Shown piece after piece: positions 1 to 9,373 of a stretch of 64,000 bases of DNA (the first letter of the stretch is position 1; each line of letters starts with the position of its first letter). The stretch is from Planctomycetota bacterium. Lineage in GTDB: Bacteria > Planctomycetota > Phycisphaerae > WQYP01. Position numbers and translations under genes: made by a program. The notes under the pieces are model-generated. The model was not told the DNA's origin. It made no database searches and saw only the letters and a program-made list of their open reading frames with translations. The stretch spans positions 10,483 to 74,482 of the forward strand of contig JAJYDW010000007.1 of the NCBI GenBank assembly GCA_021790385.1, read 5' to 3'.

Positions 1-335
1 CTTTGGCGCAAGCACCGCATGTGGGTACCTGGACTTTTACGCCAACCCGTATTCCGCGGTTGATTTGCACCATGCCAAATGGAACTAGAATTATCGGTAT
101 CTTTCATGCTTCGCGGCATTGGGTTGGCCGGGTGTATGTGCGGGTGGTACGGGCGGTGCACCATACCTCCGGCCCCGGGGATGCAGAAATGAACGCCGCC
201 ATTAAAGCCCTGAAGGCCAAAGCCGATCTTGATACGGTTGCGCAATAAAGGGGCGGTTGCCGGTGTGGTTGGGGGGTTGGGTTCATGGGATTGTAAGGCA
301 CTTGTGTGGCGAGAAAAAAATGCTACAATAGATTT

Positions 336-449
336 TGTGGTCAATAAAAAGGTCCGGATATTCGGATATATAGCCGGGCTTTTTGGATCGATCTTGCTCT
401 CTCTCCCTCCTCAGGCTGGTGTTCCTTCGGGCCACCAGCCTGGTTTTTT
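336..449 (+). ncRNA. Candidate small RNA, about 115 nt: promoter-like TTGTGT-N16-TGcTACAAT at 301-329, a CU-rich tract (ctctctctccctcctc, 399-414), ending in a strong intrinsic terminator.
   Basis: Seen in sequence: extended -10 TGcTACAAT at 321-329, no ORF, pyrimidine-rich anti-SD-like tract, and a 10-bp GC stem plus T6 at 412-449. It could alternatively be the 3'UTR and terminator of the partial upstream ORF ending at 248. Confidence 0.25.
412..449 (+). terminator. Rho-independent terminator: stem CAGGCTGGTG (412-421) / CACCAGCCTG (433-442), 11-nt loop, then TTTTTT (444-449).
   Basis: Perfect 10-bp inverted repeat followed by a T-tract; read directly from the sequence. Confidence 0.65.
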
Positions 450-649
450 AACCAAAGTGCAGGCAAAAGCCAGACCGACCTGACAGAATCCGGTTTTTAT
501 TTACACTGTGCCGGAGTCGCCGAAGTTCCCGGCGCACCACCTTGTGGTTTTACCCATTTTCAGTTATTAAAATTGTGAAACCTGGTGTGAAAAGGATGCT
601 CATCAGCGGCCCGTTTCATCGGACTTTGTGCTGCGGATACGCCATCCTA

Positions 650-2446
650 TCACCATTGATCCCCGCGACGTTTGGCCTGGATCCACTGTTCCAATTCAGG
701 GCCGCTCCGCGTGTTGAGGATGTTGGTTTTTCTCGCCCAGCCGCGGCGGGCGGTTAAAACGCCATAATCAATTTGCGCAAAATCCTCTATGCCATGGGCA
801 TCGGTATTGATGCACAGGGGTACACCGGCCTCCACCGCCAGCCGCACGTGGGTATCGCGTAAATCCAACCGCAGATCATTGGCGTTGATTTCCAGAGCCA
901 CACCGCTGCGCAATGCGGCCATCACAACCCGTGGCATATCGGGTTCGAGACCGCGGCGTTTTCCCACCAATCGCCCGGTCGGGTGCCCCAGCACATGTAC
1001 CAGTGGATGCGATGCCGCCCGCACCAGCCGCGCGGTGGCCGCATCTGTTTCCTGGCTCAGTGCGGCATGGGGTGACGCCACGACCCAGTCCAGCTTTTGC
1101 AGCAGATCATCTTCATAATCCAGCGTGCCATCGGCGAGAATGTCCACCTCAGCTCCGGCTAATACGCGTATGCCATGTACCTCCCGAGCCACGGCATGGA
1201 TGGCGGCAATGTGATCCAGCAGTCGTTGCGGGTTTAGGCCGTTGGCCAGTATTTGCGATTTGCTATGATCGGTAATGGCAATGTATTCATAGCCGCGATG
1301 CTTGGCGGCGGCCACCATTTCCGTGATGGTGCACGTGCCATCGCTGGCCACGGTATGCGTATGCAGATCACCACGAATGTCGGCCACCTGCAATGTTTCC
1401 CACGTCGAGGGGGCATCAGACAGAAAAGGGAAGGCGGTTTGTACATCAGCTTTGGCCTGCCCCCGCATGAGTCTGGCCAGATCTATTTCACCCCGGTCTT
1501 CACGCATTTCCGGAGGAATCCAGGCCAGGCCCAACGCTTCATAGATTCCTACTTCCGTTTCGCCGGCGATGGATTTATCGCCCGCAAAGAGTCCCCATTC
1601 ATTTAATTTCAGGGCTTTCGCCGTGGCCATTTCGCGCAGGCGCACATTGTGTTCCTTGCTGCCGGTGAAATACTGCATGGCCGCCCCCCAGCTTGGCCTG
1701 GGAACCACACGAATATCCACCTGCATGCCGCGATCCGTGCGAAAGCTGATTTTCGTTTCGCCGACGGCCAGGATCTCAGCCACGTGCCGGTGCCGACCAA
1801 TAGCAGCCCGTATCTGCTCGTGCACGGTGGCATCGGAACATACCAGAATATCAATATCACCGATGGTTTCTCGACCGCGGCGCAGGCTTCCGCAGAAGGT
1901 GGTTCGCACGATGGCCGGGATGGTCTGGAGCAATTGACAAAATTCGTCGGCGATGGGCAGAGCTTCGCCGAGCCGTCGGCGGTCGGCCTGACCGGCGGAA
2001 AAATCCAGATTGTCTTTTATCTTGGCCAGCTTTTTTGCACCCATGCCGGGCAAGTTCAGCAGCGTGCCATCGTCCAGCCGACGGCGCAGTTCTTCGATGG
2101 TGGTAATACCCGCTTCGCGCCAGAACAGGGCAGCGGTTTTTACGCCCAAACCGGGGATATTCATCATGGCCAGCACGCCGGGAGGAACTTGCCGGGTTAA
2201 ATCCTGAAATTCACTGATATGACCGGTACGCAGGTATTCGCGGATTTTTTCCGCGGAATGTTTGCCAATGCCGGGCATATTGTCCAGTTCGCCGCTGCCC
2301 GCCAGTTCTTCCACAGTGCGCGGGCAGTCGCGCAGTAGACGGGCCACCTTTTGTATGGCCAGCACTCTAAAAGAATTAGCTCCCAGGATGGCCATCACAT
2401 CGGCGGTCTTGTCAAAAAGCTCGGAGAGATCAGTATTGGTACTCAT
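650..2446 (-). CDS. polX: DNA polymerase/3'-5' exonuclease PolX (family X polymerase with C-terminal PHP domain)
   Basis: 598-aa ORF. The N-terminal Pol-beta-like helix-hairpin-helix and nucleotidyltransferase region contains GDIDILV. The C-terminal PHP domain has HTHTVASDG, HS and NTDAHG histidine clusters. Confidence 0.9.
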   Translation of the reverse strand: MSTNTDLSELFDKTADVMAILGANSFRVLAIQKVARLLRDCPRTVEELAGSGELDNMPGIGKHSAEKIREYLRTGHISEFQDLTRQVPPGVLAMMNIPGLGVKTAALFWREAGITTIEELRRRLDDGTLLNLPGMGAKKLAKIKDNLDFSAGQADRRRLGEALPIADEFCQLLQTIPAIVRTTFCGSLRRGRETIGDIDILVCSDATVHEQIRAAIGRHRHVAEILAVGETKISFRTDRGMQVDIRVVPRPSWGAAMQYFTGSKEHNVRLREMATAKALKLNEWGLFAGDKSIAGETEVGIYEALGLAWIPPEMREDRGEIDLARLMRGQAKADVQTAFPFLSDAPSTWETLQVADIRGDLHTHTVASDGTCTITEMVAAAKHRGYEYIAITDHSKSQILANGLNPQRLLDHIAAIHAVAREVHGIRVLAGAEVDILADGTLDYEDDLLQKLDWVVASPHAALSQETDAATARLVRAASHPLVHVLGHPTGRLVGKRRGLEPDMPRVVMAALRSGVALEINANDLRLDLRDTHVRLAVEAGVPLCINTDAHGIEDFAQIDYGVLTARRGWARKTNILNTRSGPELEQWIQAKRRGDQW

Positions 2447-3174
2447 AGATGGTGAATCTCCAATGAGGCCGTCAGCGGTTGTGTGACCCTCGCCAGTGCT
2501 TCGGCCAGCAGGAGATCTTCTGGAGTAGTCAGTTTAATATTCATTGGCGAACCTGGTGTGGCCGCTACGGGTAGACCGGCGAGTTCATAAACCGTGGCGT
2601 CATCGGTAATGTCCTGCAACCGCCCCGCATTGAGTAACTGTTCGTAGGCCGTCAGCAGAGTTTGTCGCCCAAAACATTGCGGCGTTTGGGCCTGAAAAAT
2701 TCCCATCCGGCTTATGGTTCCGACAATGTGGCTGCTGTCATTGACCCGCTTAAGCGTGGCCGGCTCCGCCACGACCGGTACGCCTGCGCCCATCAGTCGA
2801 GTCGCGGCAAAGGCCGCATCGATAACCGCCGCGGGCGTAAGTGGGCGGGCGGCATCATGAATGGCCACGTATTTAGATGTCCTCGAGGCGGCCCGCAAGC
2901 CATGCAGCACGCTTTCCCAGCGTGCGGTGCCACCGGGAACCAGGCGCAGCGGTTTGCCGGCAGGAATGTTGGCCAGCAACTTCCTATAGGTATCAAAGCG
3001 CTCGGGCGCGGTTACCACCAGAAGTTCCAGTACATCCGCCCGCCCCGTAAACAGGGCCACCGAGCGCTGCAGTACCGTAGTTCCGCCAATGTCGGTCATC
3101 AGCTTATCGCCAAGCCCAAACCTGCTGCCCGTACCGGCAGCAGGAAATATCACACTAAAACCATCGTCTATCAT
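2443..3174 (-). CDS. ispD: 2-C-methyl-D-erythritol 4-phosphate cytidylyltransferase (IspD)
   Basis: FSVIFPAAGTGSRFG...DK motif at the N-terminus. The start is placed at the internal ATG (MIDDG); the ORF track extends to 3222. 4-bp overlap with the polX start. Confidence 0.85.
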   Translation of the reverse strand: MIDDGFSVIFPAAGTGSRFGLGDKLMTDIGGTTVLQRSVALFTGRADVLELLVVTAPERFDTYRKLLANIPAGKPLRLVPGGTARWESVLHGLRAASRTSKYVAIHDAARPLTPAAVIDAAFAATRLMGAGVPVVAEPATLKRVNDSSHIVGTISRMGIFQAQTPQCFGRQTLLTAYEQLLNAGRLQDITDDATVYELAGLPVAATPGSPMNIKLTTPEDLLLAEALARVTQPLTASLEIHHL

Positions 3175-3565
3175 GGCAGTATAGTATGCCCGAACCATGC
3201 CGCGGCAACAATCTGCCCGCACTGGCCGGTTGAAGCAGGTTCTTACACCTCCGCTGGCGGGGTAGCGGTATCAGTTGCGCTGGCCGATGGCTAAGGGTGC
3301 GGCCATATTTTTTGACACACAAACAGAGGCCCATCATCAGAACATCCAGGGGAGACGCAGTGCGGATAGCCTGTTGCCGATCCATGCGGGCGAGGACGCC
3401 CGCGCTCCCAGGCAGCCCCTGGAATACGCATAATAATCCAGGCGGTCGGGCATTTGCCAAAAAAATATGGCCGCACCCATGGCTAATCCTGCCAGGCCCC
3501 GTACTGGAAATTTCCGTGGCTAACCGGTAGGCTGTGCCCCCGCGAATGTGTGGGAAACGCCAACA

Positions 3566-4360
3566 ATGCGCATCATGGTTTACAACATACTCGAAGGCGG
3601 CGTTGGCCGAATCGATCCGATCTGCGAGGTCATTCGCCATGCCGATCCGGATGTTATTATCCTGCCGGAAACCTGGGTGGGCGGCGAATTTCAAAAGCTG
3701 GCAGATCGCTTGAAAATGGAGATGTTTCAAGCTGAATCTCCGCGTAATTCCCATGGCCACATCGGCTTGCTCACGCGGCTTCCGCTGCTGCAGGCGGTCA
3801 ATTTTGGCCCGCTGGATGAGCGCCTCACCCGGGCCGCATTTCAGGCCGTGGTACAGGATAAGCACGGCCCGATGGGTATTATTGGTGTGCATCTGCATGC
3901 AAAAGAATCCACAATGGATGAACGAATCCGCATGCGCGAACTGGATGCGGTGCTGGCGATGGCGGAGCCATTCAGCACCGTACCGCACGTCATCGCGGGA
4001 GATTTTAACGCCCAGCATCCGCAACAGCGGATTGATTTGGAGAAAGCGCCCAATTTTATAAAGCAGAGGTTGGGCAAAGATGCCCTGGGCACTTTGCCGG
4101 CGCAATTGCCGCGCGACGCCATCGCCAAAATGCTGGCGGCAGGCTACACCGATGCCCACGCCATCGGTCGCCAGCCAGAGGCCTTTGAACCCACGTTTAC
4201 CACTGCGCATCCGGTATTCCGACTGGATTACATCTTTTTATCGCCGCATTTGCCGCATACGCTCCGCAGTTGCAGGACTGTGTGCCACCCCATGACCAGA
4301 TTCGCCAGCGATCATCTACCTGTATTGGCAGAGATGGGAATGCCGTTGATGGCGTGTTAG
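3566..4360 (+). CDS. Endonuclease/exonuclease/phosphatase (EEP) family protein
   Basis: MRIMVYNIL...DVIILPETW N-terminus and C-terminal SDHLPVLAEM, both typical of EEP-fold enzymes. Confidence 0.7.
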   Translation: MRIMVYNILEGGVGRIDPICEVIRHADPDVIILPETWVGGEFQKLADRLKMEMFQAESPRNSHGHIGLLTRLPLLQAVNFGPLDERLTRAAFQAVVQDKHGPMGIIGVHLHAKESTMDERIRMRELDAVLAMAEPFSTVPHVIAGDFNAQHPQQRIDLEKAPNFIKQRLGKDALGTLPAQLPRDAIAKMLAAGYTDAHAIGRQPEAFEPTFTTAHPVFRLDYIFLSPHLPHTLRSCRTVCHPMTRFASDHLPVLAEMGMPLMAC

Positions 4361-4451
4361 GGTCGTAGAGATGTTTCGAGTATAAACGCGGCCGGCTCCT
4401 GGCACCGCAGGGTCAGTTGGCGTGAATCCAAATAATTATATCGGGCCGTCA

Positions 4452-5207
4452 TTATGGCAAAACCCGGCGCAATTCGTCGGCACAAAAAGCTCGCACGCCG
4501 GATGGCGTTTGAATCAGTGCCTGGCCAAGGGCGTCTATGCCGATAAAACGGCCCTCCACCGAAGAGGCACCCGTTTCCGGTCCGCAGCGCACCTGCTGCC
4601 CCAGCCATGCCAGACGCGGGCGAATTTGCGGTAGCAGTAGATCTGCAAAATCGCCGCGATCCAGGATGGGCAGATGGTGCTCCAGCGTTTCCAGCAATCG
4701 ACTTTGCAGGGTCTGCAAATCGATGGGGTGATGCAGCTCATGCTGCAATGTAGTAGCCGGCTGACGTAATGGCTGGCCGAACACTTTCGGATCAAAATTA
4801 GCATTAATTCCCACTCCCAGAATCACGGCGGGAGTGGGCCAGTCCGGGTATGCCTGGCACAGAATTCCTGCAACTTTTTTGTCGCCCATCAACAAGTCAT
4901 TGGGCCATTTGATCAATGGGCTGATGTTGATGCAATTTTGTATAGCCTGAGCGGCGGCCAGACCAACCGCCAGCGGAAGGGGCTGATAGCCATCGGACGA
5001 ACCGCGCATAGGCCAGGCTACACTCAACCACAATCCACCGCGAGGGCTTTGCCAGTTTCGACCGGTGCGGCCCTGGCCGGCAGTCTGAATCTCCGCCACC
5101 ACCGCAATGGCCTGGGCTGCCGATTCGGGTGCTGGGTAGCTGGTCAGCCAGCGCCGCTGCGCTTCGCTGTTCGTAGAATCAACAGTTGGTAAGCTCACCA
5201 GATGCAT
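4452..5207 (-). CDS. birA: Biotin--[acetyl-CoA-carboxylase] ligase (BirA catalytic type)
   Basis: GRTGRNWQSPRGGLW, KWPNDL and DKKVAGIL motifs of the BPL/LPL catalytic domain. The likely start is the ATG of MHLVSLPTVDSTN. The start coordinate may be off by 1 nt: the ORF-track frame and my reading of the printed g-run near 5219-5223 do not agree. Confidence 0.85.
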   Translation of the reverse strand: MHLVSLPTVDSTNSEAQRRWLTSYPAPESAAQAIAVVAEIQTAGQGRTGRNWQSPRGGLWLSVAWPMRGSSDGYQPLPLAVGLAAAQAIQNCINISPLIKWPNDLLMGDKKVAGILCQAYPDWPTPAVILGVGINANFDPKVFGQPLRQPATTLQHELHHPIDLQTLQSRLLETLEHHLPILDRGDFADLLLPQIRPRLAWLGQQVRCGPETGASSVEGRFIGIDALGQALIQTPSGVRAFCADELRRVLP

Positions 5208-5240
5208 GTGTTCTCCGTTGGGGTGTGGATGCCGAAGTTT

Positions 5241-5407
5241 AGGGGCTGTCAAGAAATTACCTGTACCATCCTGCTGGTTCTATTGAAAGCGGTCTTTGTT
5301 GCTCGCTCCTATTTAGCCCCATAGCCAAGGTATGCGCGTCGATTGCGCCTAGCCGGCCGCCAAAATGCCTGCGCCGTATTAATACACTTTATTTCTTGAC
5401 AGCCCCT
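5241..5407. repeat. MITE-like unit: 17-bp perfect terminal inverted repeats (AGGGGCTGTCAAGAAAT at 5241-5257 and ATTTCTTGACAGCCCCT at 5391-5407) flanking about 133 bp. The inner part (5353-5407) is homologous to 13184-13238.
   Basis: Seen in sequence. The right arm abuts the kdpE stop. The left arm contains TTGACA 35 bp upstream of the birA start. Confidence 0.45.
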
Positions 5408-6102
5408 TATTCCACAGCGAGCCGGTAACCCACACCCGGTTCAGTAAGCAAGTAACGCGGCTGGGCCGGGTGAGCTTCAAGTTTCTGCCGCAGTTGGTTC
5501 ATATACACCCGCAGATAGTGTGTTTCCTCAGTGGCCTGCGGTCCCCATACTTCTTTAAGCAACTGCCGGTGGGTCAACACCTTGCCCGCATGTGCGACCA
5601 AAACCGCCAGCAGCCGGTATTCGTTGGGAGTCAGGTGCAGGGTTCGATCGTTGATGGATACACTGCGTGTGGCGCGGTCAACGCGCAGTTCGCCAACGGC
5701 AAAAACCGGTTCTCCAGTGTTACTATGCAGCACGCGGCGGCGCAGCGCCGCCCGCAGTCGGGCCGTGAGTTCGCCAATGCCGAAAGGTTTGGTGAGATAG
5801 TCGTCGGCTCCGGCATCCAAAGCAATTACTTTGTCCTGCTCCTTGCCGCGGGCGGAAATCACAATAACAGGCATGGTGGACCACGATCGTATCTGTCGCA
5901 CCAGGTCGACGCCATCCATATCGGGCAGACCGAGATCAAGAATAATCACATCCGGCGATTGCGAGGTAGCCGCCACCAGGCCGTCGTGGGCGGTTGGTGC
6001 CTCCGTATAGCGATAACCCTGAGTTTGCAGGCTGATGCGTAAAAAATGGCGGATTGGAGGATCATCTTCAATCACTAAAACCAGGGGGGGGGATTCAACC
6101 AT
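5407..6102 (-). CDS. kdpE: OmpR-family response regulator, KdpE-like (receiver domain plus winged-helix domain)
   Basis: Receiver motifs LVIEDD...DLGLPDMDG...KPFG. The C-terminal VWGPQATEETHYLRVYMNQLRQKLE...YLLTEPGVGYRL closely matches the KdpE DNA-binding domain. The start is placed at MVESPP. No kdpD or kdpABC in the window. Confidence 0.8.
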   Translation of the reverse strand: MVESPPLVLVIEDDPPIRHFLRISLQTQGYRYTEAPTAHDGLVAATSQSPDVIILDLGLPDMDGVDLVRQIRSWSTMPVIVISARGKEQDKVIALDAGADDYLTKPFGIGELTARLRAALRRRVLHSNTGEPVFAVGELRVDRATRSVSINDRTLHLTPNEYRLLAVLVAHAGKVLTHRQLLKEVWGPQATEETHYLRVYMNQLRQKLEAHPAQPRYLLTEPGVGYRLAVE

Positions 6103-6272
6103 GCGTGCAATCTCACGCCAATTTGTCGCTGCCGTCAAGCATGAGTGTGGGACGATCAGCATCGTTAGACTGTATCGCCCCTCTTTTCCGTCAAACCTAA
6201 TTGCGGCACGGCCTCCATCATTGGTGCGTCAGATCCGTTCCACTCACCGCTGTACTGCGATTATAATGGCCT

Positions 6273-8744
6273 ATGATGAGCGGACAACAAATTTCACGAC
6301 AAGAGGTCAAGGTGGTGGGTGCAACCTATGCGCAGGTCGCGGTGGATCAGGCGCTGGACGCGGTGCTGACTTACCACATTCCCCAGGAGTTAGTATCAGT
6401 TGCCGTGGCCGGGTCTCGCGTAACCGTGCCGCTGGGACGCGGCAACAGGCCGGTATCGGGAGTCTTGCTGGAAGCAGGTGAAATGTCCGACTTGCAGGAG
6501 TTGCGGGAAAGTTCGGGCGGGACGGTTGCTGCCGCGGAATCGGGCGAAGGCGGTGGTTTACTGTGGCCATCGAATCAAAAAGGCCATTCTCGCCAGCCGC
6601 AGATAAAAGATATCCTGATGGTGCACACTGAGGTAGCGGTGGTGCCACAGGATTTATTGGCGTTGGCGCGGTGGATTGCACGTTATTATTGTGCGCCATT
6701 AGGACTGGTATTAAGTGCCATTGTGCCGGCCGGTGTGAAAACCAATGTTCGCCTGCCGAAACAGCGGCTGGTAACAGCCGGGCCATCGTGGGCAGCGACG
6801 GATGCCGCTGCATCATCAGGCATCGGCCGGGTGTTGCGGCGCGATCAGGAATTACTCCAGCGGTTGATTCCGTGGTTGACGGAGCAGCCACGAACGCAGA
6901 AGGCGGTGCTGGAATTTGCGGGTATTTCGGCGGCTACGCTCAAGCGGTTAGTCAATCGCGGCTTTCTGGCGATCAAACAGCAAACGTTGCGGCCGGGTGA
7001 TGAGGGAACGGCGACCGACCGCCACGACCAGGAGACACTCTCGCCGGTGGGGGTGAAAGGGCCAACCAATGGAAAAGAACGTCTGCGTCTAAGCGCAGAA
7101 CAGCAAGCGGTGCTGGCAAATTTGCAGCCCTTGCTGGAGCATCCGGAATTTGCAGTACGGTTGATTCAAGGTGTGACTGGCTCGGGAAAGACGGAAGTGT
7201 ATCTACGGGCGGCGGAACAGGTGGTCAGCGTGGGCAGGCGGGTGATTGTGCTGGTACCGGAAATTTCGCTTACACCGCAGACGGTGCAGCGATTTACCGA
7301 ACGTTTTGATCGCGTGGCGATTATGCACAGCGGGCTTACTGATTCACAGCGGCATCAGCACTGGCGTGCGGTGGCGGACGGCTGGGCGCAGGTGATTGTA
7401 GGAGTGCGCTCGGCGATATTTGCTCCGGCAACCAATTTAGGATTGATTGTGGTGGATGAAGAGCATGACTCATCTTACAAACAGGACAGCACGCCGCGGT
7501 ATAACGGGCGGGATGTGGCGGTGCGGCGCGGCCAAATGCTCAACATTCCGGTGATTCTGGGATCGGCAACGCCATCGCTGGAAAGCTGGCACAATGGCCG
7601 GATGAACCCGCATTATTCGCTGCTGCAGTTAACCAGCCGTCCGCTGGGCACGGCGATGCCGCGGGTTTTGCGTGTGGATATGAAAGCGGAAAAGCGTCAG
7701 CGCCACGGGTTGCACATTCTTTCCATGGTGCTGGAGCATCAGATGAAAGAGGCTTTGCGCGATAAGGGCCAGGTGATACTGCTGTTAAATCGGCGGGGTT
7801 ATGCCCACTACGTAGCCTGCGCCCGGTGCGATTGGGTTTTACTATGCGATAATTGTGACGCCACGATGGTGGTACATCGGCTGGAGGGCGGCGAGCAGCA
7901 GTCGTCCGGCGAGCCGGCTGTGGTACGGTGCCATTATTGTCTGACCAGTCGATTGCTGCCGAAAACTTGTCCGCAATGCCAGGCTAAAGTGGTATCGCTG
8001 GGCCAGGGCACGCAGCGTGCGGAAGATGAAGTGAAAAGAAAGTTTCCCCAGGCCCGATTGCTGCGCATGGACAGTGATACCATGCGGCAGGGACGGGACT
8101 ACCAACGGGTGCTGGCGGAATTTGGTGCAGGAGAAGTGGATATTCTGCTGGGTACCCAGATGATTGCGAAAGGATTGGATTTTCCGAATGTGCGATTGGT
8201 GGGAGTACTCAATGCGGACCTGGCGATGAGTACGCCGGATTTCCGGGCTGCGGAACGCACGTTTGACCTGATTTGCCAGGTGGCAGGTCGCAGCGGCCGG
8301 GCGCACCAGCAAGGCACCGTAGTGGTGCAGAGTTTTGGGCCTGACGAACCCGCCATTGCGTACGCTGCGCAGCATGACTATGCGGGGTTTATCAGCAAAG
8401 AACTGCCGCATCGGCAGGCACTGGGCTATCCGCCGTATGGCCGAATTGTCCGGTTGGTAGTCAGCGATAAAAATCATAACCTTGCGCAGGGGCAGGCCCT
8501 GTTGCTGTCCGGGCACATTGCGAGAGTGCTGCAGCGGTTGAAACTGGAGAATGCAGTGCGAGTGGCCGGGCCACAATTGGCTCCGCTATCGCGATTGGCG
8601 GAAGAATTTCGATGGGAGATACTGCTGTTTGCACCAGGTGCAGTCTATTTGCAGCAGGTATTGGCGAATCTTCGTGAGCAAAAGGTTTTCGCGGCTCTTA
8701 AAGTTTCGCTGGTGATAGACGTAGACCCATTGCAGATGCAATGA
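6273..8744 (+). CDS. priA: Primosomal protein N' (PriA replication-restart helicase)
   Basis: Walker A GVTGSGKTEVYL, DEEHDSSYKQ, a Cys-rich zinc-binding insert (CARCDW...CDNC...CHYC...CPQC) and helicase C motifs. 823 aa. Confidence 0.9.
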   Translation: MMSGQQISRQEVKVVGATYAQVAVDQALDAVLTYHIPQELVSVAVAGSRVTVPLGRGNRPVSGVLLEAGEMSDLQELRESSGGTVAAAESGEGGGLLWPSNQKGHSRQPQIKDILMVHTEVAVVPQDLLALARWIARYYCAPLGLVLSAIVPAGVKTNVRLPKQRLVTAGPSWAATDAAASSGIGRVLRRDQELLQRLIPWLTEQPRTQKAVLEFAGISAATLKRLVNRGFLAIKQQTLRPGDEGTATDRHDQETLSPVGVKGPTNGKERLRLSAEQQAVLANLQPLLEHPEFAVRLIQGVTGSGKTEVYLRAAEQVVSVGRRVIVLVPEISLTPQTVQRFTERFDRVAIMHSGLTDSQRHQHWRAVADGWAQVIVGVRSAIFAPATNLGLIVVDEEHDSSYKQDSTPRYNGRDVAVRRGQMLNIPVILGSATPSLESWHNGRMNPHYSLLQLTSRPLGTAMPRVLRVDMKAEKRQRHGLHILSMVLEHQMKEALRDKGQVILLLNRRGYAHYVACARCDWVLLCDNCDATMVVHRLEGGEQQSSGEPAVVRCHYCLTSRLLPKTCPQCQAKVVSLGQGTQRAEDEVKRKFPQARLLRMDSDTMRQGRDYQRVLAEFGAGEVDILLGTQMIAKGLDFPNVRLVGVLNADLAMSTPDFRAAERTFDLICQVAGRSGRAHQQGTVVVQSFGPDEPAIAYAAQHDYAGFISKELPHRQALGYPPYGRIVRLVVSDKNHNLAQGQALLLSGHIARVLQRLKLENAVRVAGPQLAPLSRLAEEFRWEILLFAPGAVYLQQVLANLREQKVFAALKVSLVIDVDPLQMQ

Positions 8745-8869
8745 CAAACTCTGCATGAGGCAACAGAGAGAGTATAATGGGCAATGGCGTGGTGAATGTT
8801 CATTCTTACGGAGAAAATCATGGCCGCGTACATAAGACTCCAGCATCTGCCGTTTGTTGAGGAGGCTCC

Positions 8870-9280
8870 ATGAGCAAGATATTGCTGGCAATTTCCGATC
8901 AATGGGTGGTGGATGAGCGGATTGATGCGATTGGCCGTTGGGCGATCAAGCTTGATGCGCCGATCTTGGCAGTTCATGTGGAAAGCGGCTCGGGAGAGGG
9001 ACCGCAGCAGGGAACATCCGGTGAAAAAACATTGCGGGAGATAACCCAGAGGCTCAAGGAAATTACGCCGCAGGTGGAATCACTGCTGCTTTTTGCCAAT
9101 GATGTGGTGGATGGCTTGCTGAAAACGGCGGAAGAACATCAGGTGACGATGATTGTGCTCGGCCTGTCACGACAGGGCGTATTAGAACGACTGATTGAAG
9201 GCAATGTGCAGCGGGCGATATTGAATGCCAGTCGCTGGCCGGTGCTGGCGCTGCCGCCGGACTGGGGGGGGACTTTATAA
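8870..9280 (+). CDS. Universal stress protein (UspA family)
   Basis: 136-aa alpha/beta fold; ILLAISD...ILAVHV...MIVLG...VLAL pattern typical of the Usp domain. Confidence 0.7.
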   Translation: MSKILLAISDQWVVDERIDAIGRWAIKLDAPILAVHVESGSGEGPQQGTSGEKTLREITQRLKEITPQVESLLLFANDVVDGLLKTAEEHQVTMIVLGLSRQGVLERLIEGNVQRAILNASRWPVLALPPDWGGTL

Positions 9281-9373
9281 GGCTGCCGAAGCTGGGGGGC
9301 CTGCTGTCAATCGGTCAATTCGGCCGGGCAAGTGGGGCGGAGCGAGCCGTGCAGGTCCACTGGACGGTAAATC

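Noticed and set aside
3-301. Partial plus ORF 3-248 and minus ORF 104-301 at the window edge
   Set aside because: No recognisable motifs and the ORF is truncated by the window boundary. It cannot be called. The plus ORF may be the 3' end of a real gene whose terminator is the hairpin at 412-449.
3155-4210. 351-aa minus-strand ORF overlapping ispD and the EEP gene
   Set aside because: Antisense to a plus-strand ORF with clear EEP-family motifs. Its composition is Arg/His/Gly-rich and non-protein-like. It is a typical shadow ORF in GC-rich DNA.
5407-8744. Expectation of a kdpD sensor kinase or kdpFABC next to the KdpE-like regulator
   Set aside because: The flanking genes are birA and priA. 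No histidine kinase or P-type ATPase ORF is present in the window.
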